DNA from: Oscillospiraceae bacterium
GTDB lineage: Bacteria; Bacillota; Clostridia; Oscillospirales; CAG-272
Assembly (NCBI GenBank): GCA_015064735.1
Contig: SVRP01000006.1
Span: 38,037 to 102,036, forward strand
Direction: 5' to 3'
Length of the DNA: 64,000 nt
Shown here: positions 30,301 to 39,868 of the stretch, in pieces
Layout of the letters: each line of letters opens with the position of its first letter
Numbering within the stretch: the first letter of the stretch is position 1
Made by a program: the position numbers and the translations under genes
Notes under the pieces: model-generated
Databases searched by the model: none
The model's input: only the letters and a program-made list of their open reading frames with translations
What the model was told of the DNA's origin: nothing

Positions 30301-30889
30301 TCTTGACCACGTTATCGCTTCGGGCGAGGACGTAAACATCATGGTATTCGATACCGAGGTTTACTCCAACACCGGCGGACAGGCGTCCAAGGCTTCTCAG
30401 ATCGGTCAGGTTGCTCAGTTTGCTGCAGCCGGTAAGGCAATCGGTAAGAAGGATCTTGCTCAGATCGCTATGTCTTACGGTTACGTTTACGTTGCTCAGG
30501 TTTCCATGGGCGCAGATATGAACCAGCTCCTCAAGGCTCTTACCGAGGCTGAAGCTTACAACGGTCCTTCCCTCGTAATCGGCTATGCTCCTTGTGAAAT
30601 GCACGGAGTTAAGGGCGGTATGCAGAACTGCCAGCTTGAAATGAAGAAGGCTGTTGAGGCAGGCTACTGGCAGATGTTCCGCTACAATCCTGCGGCAGAG
30701 GGCAACAAGCTTACCATAGACTCCAAGGAGCCCACCGGTAACTACGTTGACTTCATCAAGTCCGAAACCCGTTACGCTCGTCTCGTTCAGTCCTTCCCCG
30801 AAAAGGCAGAAGAGCTCTTCGCAAAGGGCGAAGCTAACGCAAAGGTTAAGTACGACAGACTTAAGAAGCTTGAAGAGCTTTACAAGTAA
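27326..30889 (+). CDS. nifJ: pyruvate:ferredoxin (flavodoxin) oxidoreductase
   Basis: YPITPS, MQSEAGAAG, GLGGDG, CIQCNSC/CMGCTLC ferredoxin motifs, GACAGC-like GSCAGC, GGDGWAYDIG, YSNTGGQ. Confidence 0.98.
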   Translation: MAIERKKLSMDGNTAAAHVSYAFTEVAAIYPITPSSVMAELTDAWSATGLKNIMGETVKVTEMQSEAGAAGTVHGSLAAGALTTTYTASQGLLLMIPNMYKIAGELLPCVIHVSARCVASHALNIFGDHSDVYACRQTGFAMMANTNAQEVMDLGAVAHLATIKGRVPFVNFFDGFRTSHEISKVSVWDYKDLEEMVDKDAIAAFRARAINPEHPVLRGSAENGDIFFQHREACNSYYDALPAIVEEYMDKVNEKIGTNYKLFNYYGAPDAERVIVAMGSICDVAEEVIDYLLAKGEKVGLVKVRLYRPFVAAKLIEALPKTAKKIAVLDRTKEPGSLGEPLYLDVVTALATNGVSAKIVGGRYGLGSKDTTPASIFATFENLNADEPKNNFTIGIVDDVTGLSLEEKPAPDTAPTDMIQCKFWGLGGDGTVGANKNSIKIIGDHTDKFIQAYFQYDSKKTGGVTISHLRFGDSPIKSSYYINKADFVACHNSSYLAKYDMISDVKPGGTFLLDCQWSDEELDAHLPASVKSYIAKNNIKFYTINATKLALDLGNGKVKNTVLQSAFFALAKILPTADAIEYMKYMATKSYLKKGQAIVDLNHKAIDAGKDALHEVAVPAAWANAGETAPAAKVTGERQDLVDFVNDIVLPVVGMKGDSLKVSDFTKYADGTFPQGSAAYEKRGVAVFVPKWNPETCIQCNSCAFVCPHAAIRPFAMNADEAAKAPEATKFTAKPVMKTDYKFTMAISPMDCMGCTLCVKACPVTANSAKTGKAPAMEMVPIATQMDQQAPFDYAVANVSEKPELINATVKGSQFKQPLLEFSGSCAGCAETSYARLITQLFGERMYISNATGCSSIWGGSAPATPYTVNKESGRGPAWANSLFEDNAEHGLGMALGQKTIREKLIGKVKAMAESDKASDEFKAAAKAYLDTKDNGKENEAATKALIAELEKAAAQGCPTAPAILAEKDYLAKKSIWIFGGDGWAYDIGFGGLDHVIASGEDVNIMVFDTEVYSNTGGQASKASQIGQVAQFAAAGKAIGKKDLAQIAMSYGYVYVAQVSMGADMNQLLKALTEAEAYNGPSLVIGYAPCEMHGVKGGMQNCQLEMKKAVEAGYWQMFRYNPAAEGNKLTIDSKEPTGNYVDFIKSETRYARLVQSFPEKAEELFAKGEANAKVKYDRLKKLEELYK

Positions 30890-30896
30890 TAATAAC

Positions 30897-30938
30897 AATC
30901 AGGTCAGCTCCGTTATGGAGCTGACCTGATTTATTTTT
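30897..30938 (+). terminator. nifJ terminator
   Basis: AATCAGGTCAGCTCC-GTTAT-GGAGCTGACCTGATT followed by T-rich tail. Confidence 0.85.
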
Positions 30939-30995
30939 ATATAAAAGCGCGGCAGTCTTGACTTGAAATCCAAGACTGCCGCATTTATTTTTAAA

Positions 30996-31301
30996 TCAGC
31001 TTATCCACTCGTAGCTATCGTCAACGGTGTCCTCTTTTGCGTTGGAAGCTATATCTTTTCTAAACTCGCCTATATGATCTATATTCTCAGGCGCGTCGGG
31101 ATACGAGCTTGCCTCACCGCTGTCAGAGCCGCTATCGGAGCCACTGTCCGAACCACTGTCCGAGCCGCCGTCAGAGGATGGAACGTCAGAAGCCACCGGC
31201 GTTGAAGAAGATGCATCCGCGCTACCATCGTCCTTTTTTGAGCACGCTATAAGGGTTGCGACAAGCGCAACAATAAGAAGAGCTATCAATATTTTTTTCA
31301 T
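30996..31301 (-). CDS. small lipoprotein with Ser/Asp/Gly repeat linker
   Basis: Lipobox IACS; (SDSG)n from degenerate 12-bp repeats at ~31127-31174. Confidence 0.75.
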   Translation of the reverse strand: MKKILIALLIVALVATLIACSKKDDGSADASSSTPVASDVPSSDGGSDSGSDSGSDSGSDSGEASSYPDAPENIDHIGEFRKDIASNAKEDTVDDSYEWIS

Positions 31302-31333
31302 AATTTCTTACTCCTTTCTTACCTTTATACCGT

Positions 31334-33889
31334 TCAAGCGTTAACCGCGAGAATGCTCTTCACAAGCTCGCTATCCTTATTCTGAGACTTGACAGCAAGC
31401 TCATACAAGGAGGTCGTGTAATAGTTTTCGGTATAGATAACTATATTTTCTCCGGATTCGTTCGCATAAGAGATAAATCCGACTGCGGTAAGACGCACGA
31501 ATACCGCGTTAGAGTCTTCAACGGGGATATCCGAAATAGCGAACTTAAGGCTCTGATCGCCCTCACCCGTAATATCGGAAACCATCTTACCAAGCTCAAT
31601 ATAATCCACTCCCTCGGTAAGAGCGTCATCGTTAGCAATAATATCCTTGTAAGGTTCGGGAAGTATGCAAATTCCAACGGAAGCGTTCTCCCCAATATTA
31701 TCAAGTACTTCCTCGGATACGAATACGCCAAAGGCTATTCCAGCGGAGTCTCCGCTAATCTTAAGTCCCGCGCCCTGCACTACGGAGAAGCCGTCGCGAA
31801 TGTCAAACACGGATGCAACAACGTCTTCGGTAGCGTTAGTGTTGGTATACGTCTTGCCTGCCTCAATCAATTCTCCGCCTACGAGCCAAAATCCTGTCTC
31901 GTTATCGTGAAGCTTGATACCAGCCTTGGCGGTATTCGCGCCGATCTTCCATACAGCACCGTCATCGTTAACAGTCAGATTTCCACGCTCGTTCATAATA
32001 AACGAGTTCTGTGTCTTTTCCGCACCGTTGTTAACGTAAAGCTCAGCGCCCTCCGCAAGATTTATAGTAACCGTTCCGCCGATGTTCCTGAATATACCGC
32101 CGGTAGGTGTCGTCGTACCCGTGAAGTTAGCTATGAGCTTACTTGTTCCGTCGATTGTGATATTACAGGTGCTGGAAATGTCTGTAACGGCTGCCTTAGT
32201 GGGATTGAAGCAGAATACGTAGCTGGTCTCGGGATTGGGAGAGGTTGCGTTTCCGCCGACTGCCGTAATGGTAGAATTTTCAACGCTCAGATCTACCGAT
32301 GCGCTGGTATTCCACGGTACGCAAATAACACTGGTTGCAGCCGAGCCACCCGAGGATATTTCAGAATCCTTCACCTTAATGATGAAAGGCTCGTGCTTCT
32401 GATAGTCTGCACCGTTAGCCTGAGCGGCAAGTCTGAATACTGCGCCGGAGGGAGCGGTGATTGTACAGTTATCAACTGTAGTCGTTGAGCTTGCAAAATC
32501 CGAAACCCATGCGCCGTTCGTATACGGATCGTACTTGAATACGTCGGAAGTAGCGACATTCGCGATTTCAAGGTTCTTTACCGTCAGGTTATAAAGACCA
32601 ACATGCTCTGCAAATCCGGCTACGCAGGTAATCTTTACCTTACCGTCCGCCTTTGTTGCACCCTCAATAACTACGTTTTTGAGGTTTTCCTTATCATATG
32701 TGCCGCTGAATACGAGAGCACTTGTAAGAACATAATCATCAACAACAATGATTTTTTGACCGTCAGTCAGTGCATCAACAGCTTTCTGCAACGTAGAATA
32801 GGTTGCCACGTTATTACCGCTCGCATCGACTATCTTGAAGGGATCACCGCCCTCTGCAACGTATGCTTTGTGAGTCAGCACAACGTCTGCGGTTGCGGAG
32901 GTGTTTACGTAGGGATTAGAAACGATGTTATCACCATCAAACCAGGAGTGTTCATCGCCGTTTTCGGAAATGGTAGGAAGTGTTATTCCCTTTTTGGCAG
33001 CTTCTACGCCAACCACCCACTTCGCACCGTTGTCAACGATGGTGGTCTTGGAGTTCATATTAGCGGTAATGATGCCTGTACCTGCCACGCAATTATTAAC
33101 TGCGACAGTAGCGCCGTTTGCAAGGTTAAGAGCCAACGCTCCCGAAGCATCATGTCCGTGGAACATTGTTTTCATGTACTGACCATCCATCTTCAAAGAG
33201 GAAGTAGCGTCAAGATTTACTGTTACCGTTCCGGCAGTAAGAAGATTGAAACACGATTTGGTACTATCTCCGCCGTTTTCGGCTTTCGATGTTGTCAGAT
33301 TGATATCGGAATTTTGAATATTAAACGTAATATCACAATTTTTTGAGATATTGTTACCCGTTCTTGCGAAGGGCTCGTTGTTAGTAGTGTTAAGATTGAT
33401 TGTGGTATCCTTAATGTTGATATTCGCATCGGTTCCGTCGGGAAGAGCAATGCTGAATACCAAGCCGTAGGAGTCGTTTACCGTACAGTTCTCTATGTTA
33501 ACGGTTGAAAACTCGTTGTAGATAAAGCGAGCGCTGTTTACCTTAAGGTTTTTGACAGTAAAGGTATTATTTGCGTTTCCGCAAACATCAAATGCGTATC
33601 CGCCCGAGGTGGTCAAGGTATAGCCCTGACCGTCTACGGTCAGGCTCTTACTTGTAAAGGTTCCGTGTCCCGTATAGGAGGAATCTCTCAAGAGGACGAT
33701 TGTAGAACCGGAAGGTGCCTGGTTAAGGGCAGTCTTTACACTGGTATAGTAGGTTTTTGTGCCCTCACTATCCTCAGCATAGCATACGTTATTGGGGTCA
33801 AGCGCGGGATCATCCGCCGCAAACACCGCAAAAGGTATTACCGAGAGCAATAGCATAACCGTCAGGGCAATTGCAATTAATCTTTTCAT
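31334..33889 (-). CDS. large secreted protein with two beta-helix (pectin-lyase-like) units and a C-terminal beta domain
   Basis: Signal peptide MKRLIAIAL..FA; Asn/Thr-rich; duplicated N-cap YTSVKTAL..STIVLL / YSTLQKAV..QKIIVV. Confidence 0.7.
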   Translation of the reverse strand: MKRLIAIALTVMLLLSVIPFAVFAADDPALDPNNVCYAEDSEGTKTYYTSVKTALNQAPSGSTIVLLRDSSYTGHGTFTSKSLTVDGQGYTLTTSGGYAFDVCGNANNTFTVKNLKVNSARFIYNEFSTVNIENCTVNDSYGLVFSIALPDGTDANINIKDTTINLNTTNNEPFARTGNNISKNCDITFNIQNSDINLTTSKAENGGDSTKSCFNLLTAGTVTVNLDATSSLKMDGQYMKTMFHGHDASGALALNLANGATVAVNNCVAGTGIITANMNSKTTIVDNGAKWVVGVEAAKKGITLPTISENGDEHSWFDGDNIVSNPYVNTSATADVVLTHKAYVAEGGDPFKIVDASGNNVATYSTLQKAVDALTDGQKIIVVDDYVLTSALVFSGTYDKENLKNVVIEGATKADGKVKITCVAGFAEHVGLYNLTVKNLEIANVATSDVFKYDPYTNGAWVSDFASSTTTVDNCTITAPSGAVFRLAAQANGADYQKHEPFIIKVKDSEISSGGSAATSVICVPWNTSASVDLSVENSTITAVGGNATSPNPETSYVFCFNPTKAAVTDISSTCNITIDGTSKLIANFTGTTTPTGGIFRNIGGTVTINLAEGAELYVNNGAEKTQNSFIMNERGNLTVNDDGAVWKIGANTAKAGIKLHDNETGFWLVGGELIEAGKTYTNTNATEDVVASVFDIRDGFSVVQGAGLKISGDSAGIAFGVFVSEEVLDNIGENASVGICILPEPYKDIIANDDALTEGVDYIELGKMVSDITGEGDQSLKFAISDIPVEDSNAVFVRLTAVGFISYANESGENIVIYTENYYTTSLYELAVKSQNKDSELVKSILAVNA

Positions 33890-34369
33890 TGTCTTTTCTC
33901 CTTTCACTCCAGACAATTTTTATTATGCGTTTTTTGTGCATTTTTTCTTTCGAAAAAACCTCACGATAATTATACTATCTTCTGTACGTTTTGTCAATAT
34001 AATTTGAGTTTTTTCTGTATTTTTATGCATATTGCATATGTAATCTTGTATTTTTCGTGAATTTGCCCAAATTTAGGATTTTATTTTTAGTCAAAACATG
34101 ACATGTCCTGATGTGTAAAATGAATGTCATGTCCTTTGAGACAATTAAACAAGAGACCTTATATCGTAAAGGCATCTTTTTCATTCAACGTATCCTTTTG
34201 AGTGGAGAAAGCACCGCGGGGCAAAAAATGCAAGACGCTAAATTAGGATGCGACGGGAAAATCACCTACAACGGTGAACGTCGAAAAATTCCCGTCAACG
34301 TGTCATGCTGACGGAGGACGCGCAGAAAAAGTCAAGGCCTCCGACAACTGCCGATAGTTTTCTGCATAC

Positions 34370-34406
34370 AAAAAAAGGGGAGTCGGCTCATAAATGAACC
34401 AACTCC
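34370..34406 (-). terminator. rny terminator
   Basis: Minus strand GGAGTTGGTTCAT-TT-ATGAGCCGACTCC followed by CC-T7. Confidence 0.75.
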
Positions 34407-34509
34407 GTCATTATATATCTCTCGCGAAAATTCGCTATGTATCCTTCCGAATTGCTCTATATAAAATATATATCAATCCCTTTGGGAAATCGAGTGATAT
34501 TGTGAGCGA

Positions 34510-36069
34510 TTATTTTGCGTAGTCAACCGCTCTGCTTTCTCTGATAAGATTTATCTTAATCTGTCCGGGGTACTTGACCTCTTCCTGAATCTTCTGCGCC
34601 ATTTCGCGGGCGATAAGCTTCATTCCGTCATCGTTGACCTCCTCAGGCTTAACCATTACGCGGATCTCACGTCCTGCCTGTACCGCATACGCCTTATCCA
34701 CTCCGCCAAAGCCCTTGGCGATTTCCTCGATCTTTTCGAGCCTCTTAATGTAATTTTCAAGATCCTCACGGCGCGCTCCGGGTCTTGCTGCAGATATTGC
34801 ATCTGCCGCCTGGATTATTACTGCCGTTATTGACTGCGCCTCAACGTCTCCGTGGTGCGCCTCAATTGCATGTATTACTTCCTTGCTTTCCTTATACTTC
34901 TTTGCAAGGTTTACACCAAGCTCAACGTGTGAGCCCTCCATCTCATGGGTCTGCGCTTTTCCTATATCGTGGAGCAGTCCGGCCCTCTTTGCGACCGTAC
35001 TGTCAACTCCAAGCTCATCCGCTATCATTCCTGCAATAAGCGCAACCTCCAATGAGTGCTTGAGGACGTTCTGCCCGTAGCTGGTTCTGTACTTAAGTCT
35101 GCCGAGCATTCTTACAAGCTCGGGATTGATTCCGTGGATACCCACGTCAAACGTAGCTCTCTCTCCCGCCTGCTTTATACCGGCTTCAATTTCCTTGGTC
35201 GCCTTTTCTACGGTTTCTTCGATTCTCGTAGGATGAATTCGTCCGTCGGAAATAAGCTTTTCAAGAGCAAGCTTTGCAGTTGCTCTGCGTACGGGGTCGA
35301 ATCCCGAAAGGGTTATTGCCTCCGGAGTATCGTCTATGATAAGCTCTACACCCGTAAGCTTTTCTATCATCTGAATGTTTCTTCCCTCTCGTCCGATTAT
35401 GCGTCCCTTCATATCCTCGTTGGGAAGAGCTACCACCGAAACAGTCGTTTCGGCCACGTGGTCCGCCGCGCATCTCTGTATTGCAAGAGAGATTATGTTT
35501 TTTGCCTTGTTGTCTGCTTCTTCCTTGAATTCGGTTTCCAGCTCGTCAAGCCTTTGAGCAAGCTCGTGCTTCATTTCGCTTTCTACTCTGTGAAGCAGCT
35601 CTGCCTTAGCCTCTTCAATAGAAATTCCCGATATTCTTTCGAGTATCAGCATTTCCTTCTGGTGGAGCTCGTTTATCTGCTCTCGAAGGACTTCGTTTTC
35701 CTTGATCTTCTTATCGAGAGTCTCATTCTTTTTTTCGAGAGCCTCGGTCTTTTTATCAAGGTTCTCTTCCTTTTGAGCGAGTCTGCGTTCCATTCTGGAA
35801 ACCTCGGAGCGTCTCTCCTTGATCTCTTTTTCGGACTCGTTTCTCTGCTTGAGTATTTCTTCCTTTGCACTGATCAGCGCTTCCTTCTTCTGAGTTTCGG
35901 CTTCCTTTTTGCCTTCCTCAAGGATTCGCTTTGCTTCTTCTTCGGCAGATCCTATGGCTGATTCAGCTTTTTTCTGACGTCTCTTGTATCCTGTTTTATA
36001 GAATACTACACCGGATACCGCAGCCGCGACTGCTGCAGACGCGACACCGATTGTAATTTCGATCACCAT
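34510..36069 (-). CDS. rny: ribonuclease Y
   Basis: N-terminal TM, coiled coil, KH motif [14 protein letters not shown] motif [21 protein letters not shown]. Confidence 0.97.
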   Translation of the reverse strand: MVIEITIGVASAAVAAAVSGVVFYKTGYKRRQKKAESAIGSAEEEAKRILEEGKKEAETQKKEALISAKEEILKQRNESEKEIKERRSEVSRMERRLAQKEENLDKKTEALEKKNETLDKKIKENEVLREQINELHQKEMLILERISGISIEEAKAELLHRVESEMKHELAQRLDELETEFKEEADNKAKNIISLAIQRCAADHVAETTVSVVALPNEDMKGRIIGREGRNIQMIEKLTGVELIIDDTPEAITLSGFDPVRRATAKLALEKLISDGRIHPTRIEETVEKATKEIEAGIKQAGERATFDVGIHGINPELVRMLGRLKYRTSYGQNVLKHSLEVALIAGMIADELGVDSTVAKRAGLLHDIGKAQTHEMEGSHVELGVNLAKKYKESKEVIHAIEAHHGDVEAQSITAVIIQAADAISAARPGARREDLENYIKRLEKIEEIAKGFGGVDKAYAVQAGREIRVMVKPEEVNDDGMKLIAREMAQKIQEEVKYPGQIKINLIRESRAVDYAK

Positions 36070-36347
36070 TCCTAAAAACACCTCCTTGTTTTTAATTTTT
36101 ATCCTAAAATTCGTTATTGTATCATAAAAGAACCGGGTACAGCCGCTCTTCTAATATTAAAATTCGATTTACAAAATCGAATATTTCTGACACATACTAA
36201 TATTTTACACGATTTTCAACAAATTGTCAAGGGTTTTAGGCAAATACGCTCTATTTTGCCTTAAAAAATCAACACATTATTTTACACAGGAAACTTTTTT
36301 GCAGATTAAAAGAGATGCGCCGTCATTCAGCGCATCTCTCATAAATT

Positions 36348-37394
36348 TCAGCTTATCTTTTCTACCCATATTTTATATGCGTAGACGGTATTTCCCTCAA
36401 GGGATATTCTGTACCAATTTCCGTTTTTGCTTATTCCCGTACAGTTAAGAATCGTTCCGACGGGAACGGTTTTATAGGTGTTTCCCTCCGATGCCGACGT
36501 TGCGTCGGGGAACGTACGTAGCTTTGCGCCGTCTGGGCGAATTACCCTAACCTGACAGTCGGATTCGTCATATATTACCGAGCCGTCTGTGCTTACAGTG
36601 TATTTCGCTTCAATATAGGCAATTGATCCCTTATAGAATATCTTTACAAAGCTTTCGTCCTCACTGATAACGGCAAGCTCGGTTCCAAGCTCAAGCTCCG
36701 CGACAGGCTCTGTTGTATTGTCGGGAGTAGAATATATAGGAGCTGCTACCGTCATATCAACCCACTTTGGGGTCGTCTCAACCGAATATGAGATTTTCTT
36801 CTCATCTATTCCGAAAAGAAGATTTTTTCCTATTATCAAGTCGTCCGATACGTCAATATAAACCGCGCTTATAAGAGAAGCAAAACAGTAAAAGGGGGCT
36901 TTTCCGGCATCGTAATCGTCAGTGCTTCCGCTTCCTCTTATTTCGAGAATCCCTCCGTTATAAAGCGCCCATTCTGCGTTTTCCCCGCACTTTCCGCCAA
37001 ACAGATAGATCTCTCCGTAAATATCGACAACCTCGGCAGTACCTCCGTCGTAGGTTATAAGAAGATTTCCGTCGCTGTTCAAATTTATGTTTTTTATAGA
37101 GACTCCGTCTTTTCCCTCGGGTCCCATAAGTCCTGTATCGCCCTTATCTCCTTTTTCACCGTCCTTACCGTCAAGTCCGTTTTCCCCGTCCTTTCCGTCG
37201 ATTCCGGGCGCGCCGTCTCTGCCGTCTACTCTACCGACTATACTTTCGGTTCCGTCTGTAAATATGAGCACAAGCTCTCCTCTTTTGTTTATTTCGGCAG
37301 TTCTTACCTCTCTGCACTGATGCTCCTCGGCGCAGGAACAAAACAGTAAAGCTCCCATACAGAGCAAAAGCATTATCGATATAATTTTCTTCAT
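36348..37394 (-). CDS. lipoprotein with collagen-like Gly-X-Y segment, LRR N-cap-like module and SH3b-like domains
   Basis: Lipobox FCSC; ~13 GXY triplets; GKCGENAEW..GILEIRGSG; two SH3-like segments. Confidence 0.7.
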   Translation of the reverse strand: MKKIISIMLLLCMGALLFCSCAEEHQCREVRTAEINKRGELVLIFTDGTESIVGRVDGRDGAPGIDGKDGENGLDGKDGEKGDKGDTGLMGPEGKDGVSIKNINLNSDGNLLITYDGGTAEVVDIYGEIYLFGGKCGENAEWALYNGGILEIRGSGSTDDYDAGKAPFYCFASLISAVYIDVSDDLIIGKNLLFGIDEKKISYSVETTPKWVDMTVAAPIYSTPDNTTEPVAELELGTELAVISEDESFVKIFYKGSIAYIEAKYTVSTDGSVIYDESDCQVRVIRPDGAKLRTFPDATSASEGNTYKTVPVGTILNCTGISKNGNWYRISLEGNTVYAYKIWVEKIS

Positions 37395-37517
37395 TACAGA
37401 AACATCTCCTTTGACAGTAGCCTATAGATAAATTATATCAAAAAACGCCGTTTATGTCAATAAAAAAACCGCTTTCGATATCAAAAGCGGTTTTTCTTTA
37501 TATTTCGGGGCGGTCAA

Positions 37518-38210
37518 TTAGCCAAGCTTTGCTTGGTTGATCTTGATTCCGGGGCCCATGGTGCTTGCGATTACGCAGCTCTTAATATACTGACCCTTTG
37601 CAGCGGCAGGCTTTGCCTTTATTACCGCGCCAACAAGAGTGTTGAAGTTCTCGGTGAGCTTCTCGGTTCCGAAGGAAGCCTTTCCGATGGGACAGTGAAT
37701 GATGTTGGTCTTATCGAGACGGTACTCGATCTTACCTGCCTTAGCCTCGGTAACTGCTCTTGCAACGTCGGGAGTAACGGTTCCTGCCTTAGGAGAAGGC
37801 ATCAAGCCCTTAGGTCCGAGAACCTTACCGAGCTTACCGATAACGCCCATCATGTCGGGGCTTGCAATTACTACGTCGAAGTCAAACCAGTTTTCCTGCA
37901 TGATCTTCTCTGCGTACTCGGGACCGCCAACGTAATCTGCGCCTGCAGCCTCTGCCTTTGCTACGTTATCACCCTTTGCGAATACGAGAACCTTTACGTT
38001 CTTACCGGTACCGTTGGGGAGAACAACTGCGCCTCTGACCTGCTGGTCTGCATGACGGGAGTCAACACCGAGACGAATGTGTATTTCGATGGTCTCATCG
38101 AACTTTGCCTTGGATGTCTGGCAAACCAGATCCAATGCTTCGGAAGGATCATAAGCCTTGCTCTTATCAATAAGCTTTGCGCTATCTGTATACTTCTTTC
38201 CCATTTTCAT
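37518..38210 (-). CDS. rplA: 50S ribosomal protein L1
   Basis: [34 protein letters not shown]. Confidence 0.98.
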   Translation of the reverse strand: MKMGKKYTDSAKLIDKSKAYDPSEALDLVCQTSKAKFDETIEIHIRLGVDSRHADQQVRGAVVLPNGTGKNVKVLVFAKGDNVAKAEAAGADYVGGPEYAEKIMQENWFDFDVVIASPDMMGVIGKLGKVLGPKGLMPSPKAGTVTPDVARAVTEAKAGKIEYRLDKTNIIHCPIGKASFGTEKLTENFNTLVGAVIKAKPAAAKGQYIKSCVIASTMGPGIKINQAKLG

Positions 38211-38221
38211 AATCCTCCTTC

Positions 38222-38647
38222 TTAGTCCTCAACTACTACGCCCATGCTGCGCGCAGTTCCTGCTATCATGCTCATAGCGGTATCGATGTTTGCCGCATTA
38301 AGGTCGGGCATCTTAGTCTCGGCGATCTTGCGAACCTGCTCGCTGGTGATCTTCGCAACCTTGGTCTTGTTAGGCTTTGCGGAGCCGGACTCGATTCCTG
38401 CCGCCTTCTTTATGAGAACGGGAGCGGGGGGAGTCTTGGTGATAAAGGTGAAGGAACGGTCTGCGTAAACAGTGATTACAACGGGAATGATGAGTCCCAT
38501 GTCGTTCTTTGTTCTTTCGTTGAATTCCTTAGTAAATACGGGAATTGCAACACCGTACTGACCGAGTGCCGGTCCTACGGGAGGCTGGGGAGTAGCCTTA
38601 CCTGCGGGCAACTGCAGTTTAATATAGCCCATTACTTTCTTTGCCAT
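38222..38647 (-). CDS. rplK: 50S ribosomal protein L11
   Basis: [28 protein letters not shown]. Confidence 0.98.
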   Translation of the reverse strand: MAKKVMGYIKLQLPAGKATPQPPVGPALGQYGVAIPVFTKEFNERTKNDMGLIIPVVITVYADRSFTFITKTPPAPVLIKKAAGIESGSAKPNKTKVAKITSEQVRKIAETKMPDLNAANIDTAMSMIAGTARSMGVVVED

Positions 38648-38663
38648 TTTAATTTACCTCCAT

Positions 38664-38710
38664 TGTGGTATTAATACGGGAGAATTCAAAAAATTTTTCT
38701 CCCTCCCACT
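38664..38710 (-). promoter_or_regulatory. L1-binding autoregulatory leader of rplK-rplA
   Basis: Minus strand GTGGGAG...inner hairpin GGGAGAA/TTCTCCC...ACCAC directly upstream of the rplK RBS, matching the known Bacillota L1 operator pattern. Confidence 0.7.
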
Positions 38711-38729
38711 TTACACGGCTTTTGCCGTC

Positions 38730-39266
38730 TTACGCGAGCTTTACGTCGTTTACGTCAAGCTCAACAGGCATATCACGGCGTCCTCTCTTAACGAGCACCG
38801 TAATAGTTTTCATATCATCGGAAATAGCCTGAACCACACCGGCATAGCCCTCGAACAGTCCGCCGCTTACTACGACGTTGTCTCCGACCTTTACAGTGAG
38901 CTCTACCCTCTTGGTTTCGATATTGAGAGCCTCTACCTCTGCCTCAGTAAGAGGCGTAGGACGGGACCCGGGGCCAACAAAGCCCGTAACTCCCGTAATA
39001 TTCCTTACCGCATGCCAGCTTTCATCGGTCATGGTCATTTTGATAAGAACATAGCTCGGGAATATCTTGACTTCGGTTTCCTTTTCCGTATCGCCGTTTT
39101 TCTCTACGACGATCTCTACGGGGATCTTGATATCCTCAAAATAACGCTCAAGTCCTCTGTTTTCGATGATCTTCTCAAGGCTTGCCTTTACCTTGTTTTC
39201 GTAGCCGGAGTAGGTGTGCGCCACATACCATCTCATGCCTACATTCATTTCATTGATATCGCTCAT
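38730..39266 (-). CDS. nusG: transcription termination/antitermination factor NusG
   Basis: WYVAHTYSGYENKV, FPSYVL, VRNITGVTGFVG, KOW motif. Confidence 0.97.
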   Translation of the reverse strand: MSDINEMNVGMRWYVAHTYSGYENKVKASLEKIIENRGLERYFEDIKIPVEIVVEKNGDTEKETEVKIFPSYVLIKMTMTDESWHAVRNITGVTGFVGPGSRPTPLTEAEVEALNIETKRVELTVKVGDNVVVSGGLFEGYAGVVQAISDDMKTITVLVKRGRRDMPVELDVNDVKLA

Positions 39267-39281
39267 AATTCTTATCCCTTA

Positions 39282-39545
39282 TTATTTCTTAAAAAGATTC
39301 GGCAGAGCGGTAATTCCCTCGTGGAATACTATGTCAAGCACTGCTATCGCAACTGCGCAGCATACGACAACTACAAGTACAACAAGGGTATTCTTCAATA
39401 CTTGCTTCCATGTCGGCCAGACAATCTTTTTTCTTTCGCTGTTGAATCCGCGGAAAGCCTCTTTAAGTTTGCCCTTCTTCTTTTCCTTTGCGGGCTTCTT
39501 TGCTTTCTCTTCGGCTTCTACGACTTTCTTTTCCTTATCTGACAT
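39282..39545 (-). CDS. secE: preprotein translocase SecE
   Basis: SERKKIVWPT followed by one TM; canonical position. Confidence 0.93.
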   Translation of the reverse strand: MSDKEKKVVEAEEKAKKPAKEKKKGKLKEAFRGFNSERKKIVWPTWKQVLKNTLVVLVVVVCCAVAIAVLDIVFHEGITALPNLFKK

Positions 39546-39559
39546 ATTCTCCTCCCAAA

Positions 39560-39721
39560 TTACTTAGATTCTTTGTGAAGAGTGTGCTTGCGGCAAAACT
39601 TGCAGTATTTCTTCAGCTCAAGTCTGTCAGGGTCGTTCTTCTTGTTTTTCTTTGTGTCGTAATTTCTCTGCTTGCACTCGGTGCATACGAGAGTAATCTT
39701 GACTCTTGCATCATTAGCCAT
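39560..39721 (-). CDS. rpmG: 50S ribosomal protein L33 (below the ORF-track cutoff)
   Basis: Hand translation [53 protein letters not shown]. Confidence 0.97.
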   Translation of the reverse strand: MANDARVKITLVCTECKQRNYDTKKNKKNDPDRLELKKYCKFCRKHTLHKESK

Positions 39722-39868
39722 GTTAGCGGCACCTCCCATTTCATTTTATTTGACCTTTTTTCTCCACTTTTGGCGAAGCTTCGGTCTGTGTACCTCCCTC
39801 ATCGAATAGCTTGTACCGCATTGGCGCGTTCGGGCACAACAAAAAAGCCTATTCGCAGAGGTATCGCT

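Noticed and set aside
27350-30898. 1182-aa antisense ORF opposite nifJ (similar ones opposite rplA, the glp genes and rny)
   Set aside because: It is codon-aligned with the real gene; it stays open simply because highly expressed genes avoid TTA/CTA/TCA codons. No recognisable motifs.
34100-34370. 6S RNA, T-box or tmRNA identity for the structured segment
   Set aside because: GTCCTGATGTGT and CACCGCG give only short resemblances; no full 6S rod, no TGGNACCGCG T-box and no tRNA-like ends.
34430-34500. Possible degenerate third copy of the hairpin repeat in the rny 3' UTR
   Set aside because: Only loose ATATC/GATAT words and tiny hairpins; no alignable block.
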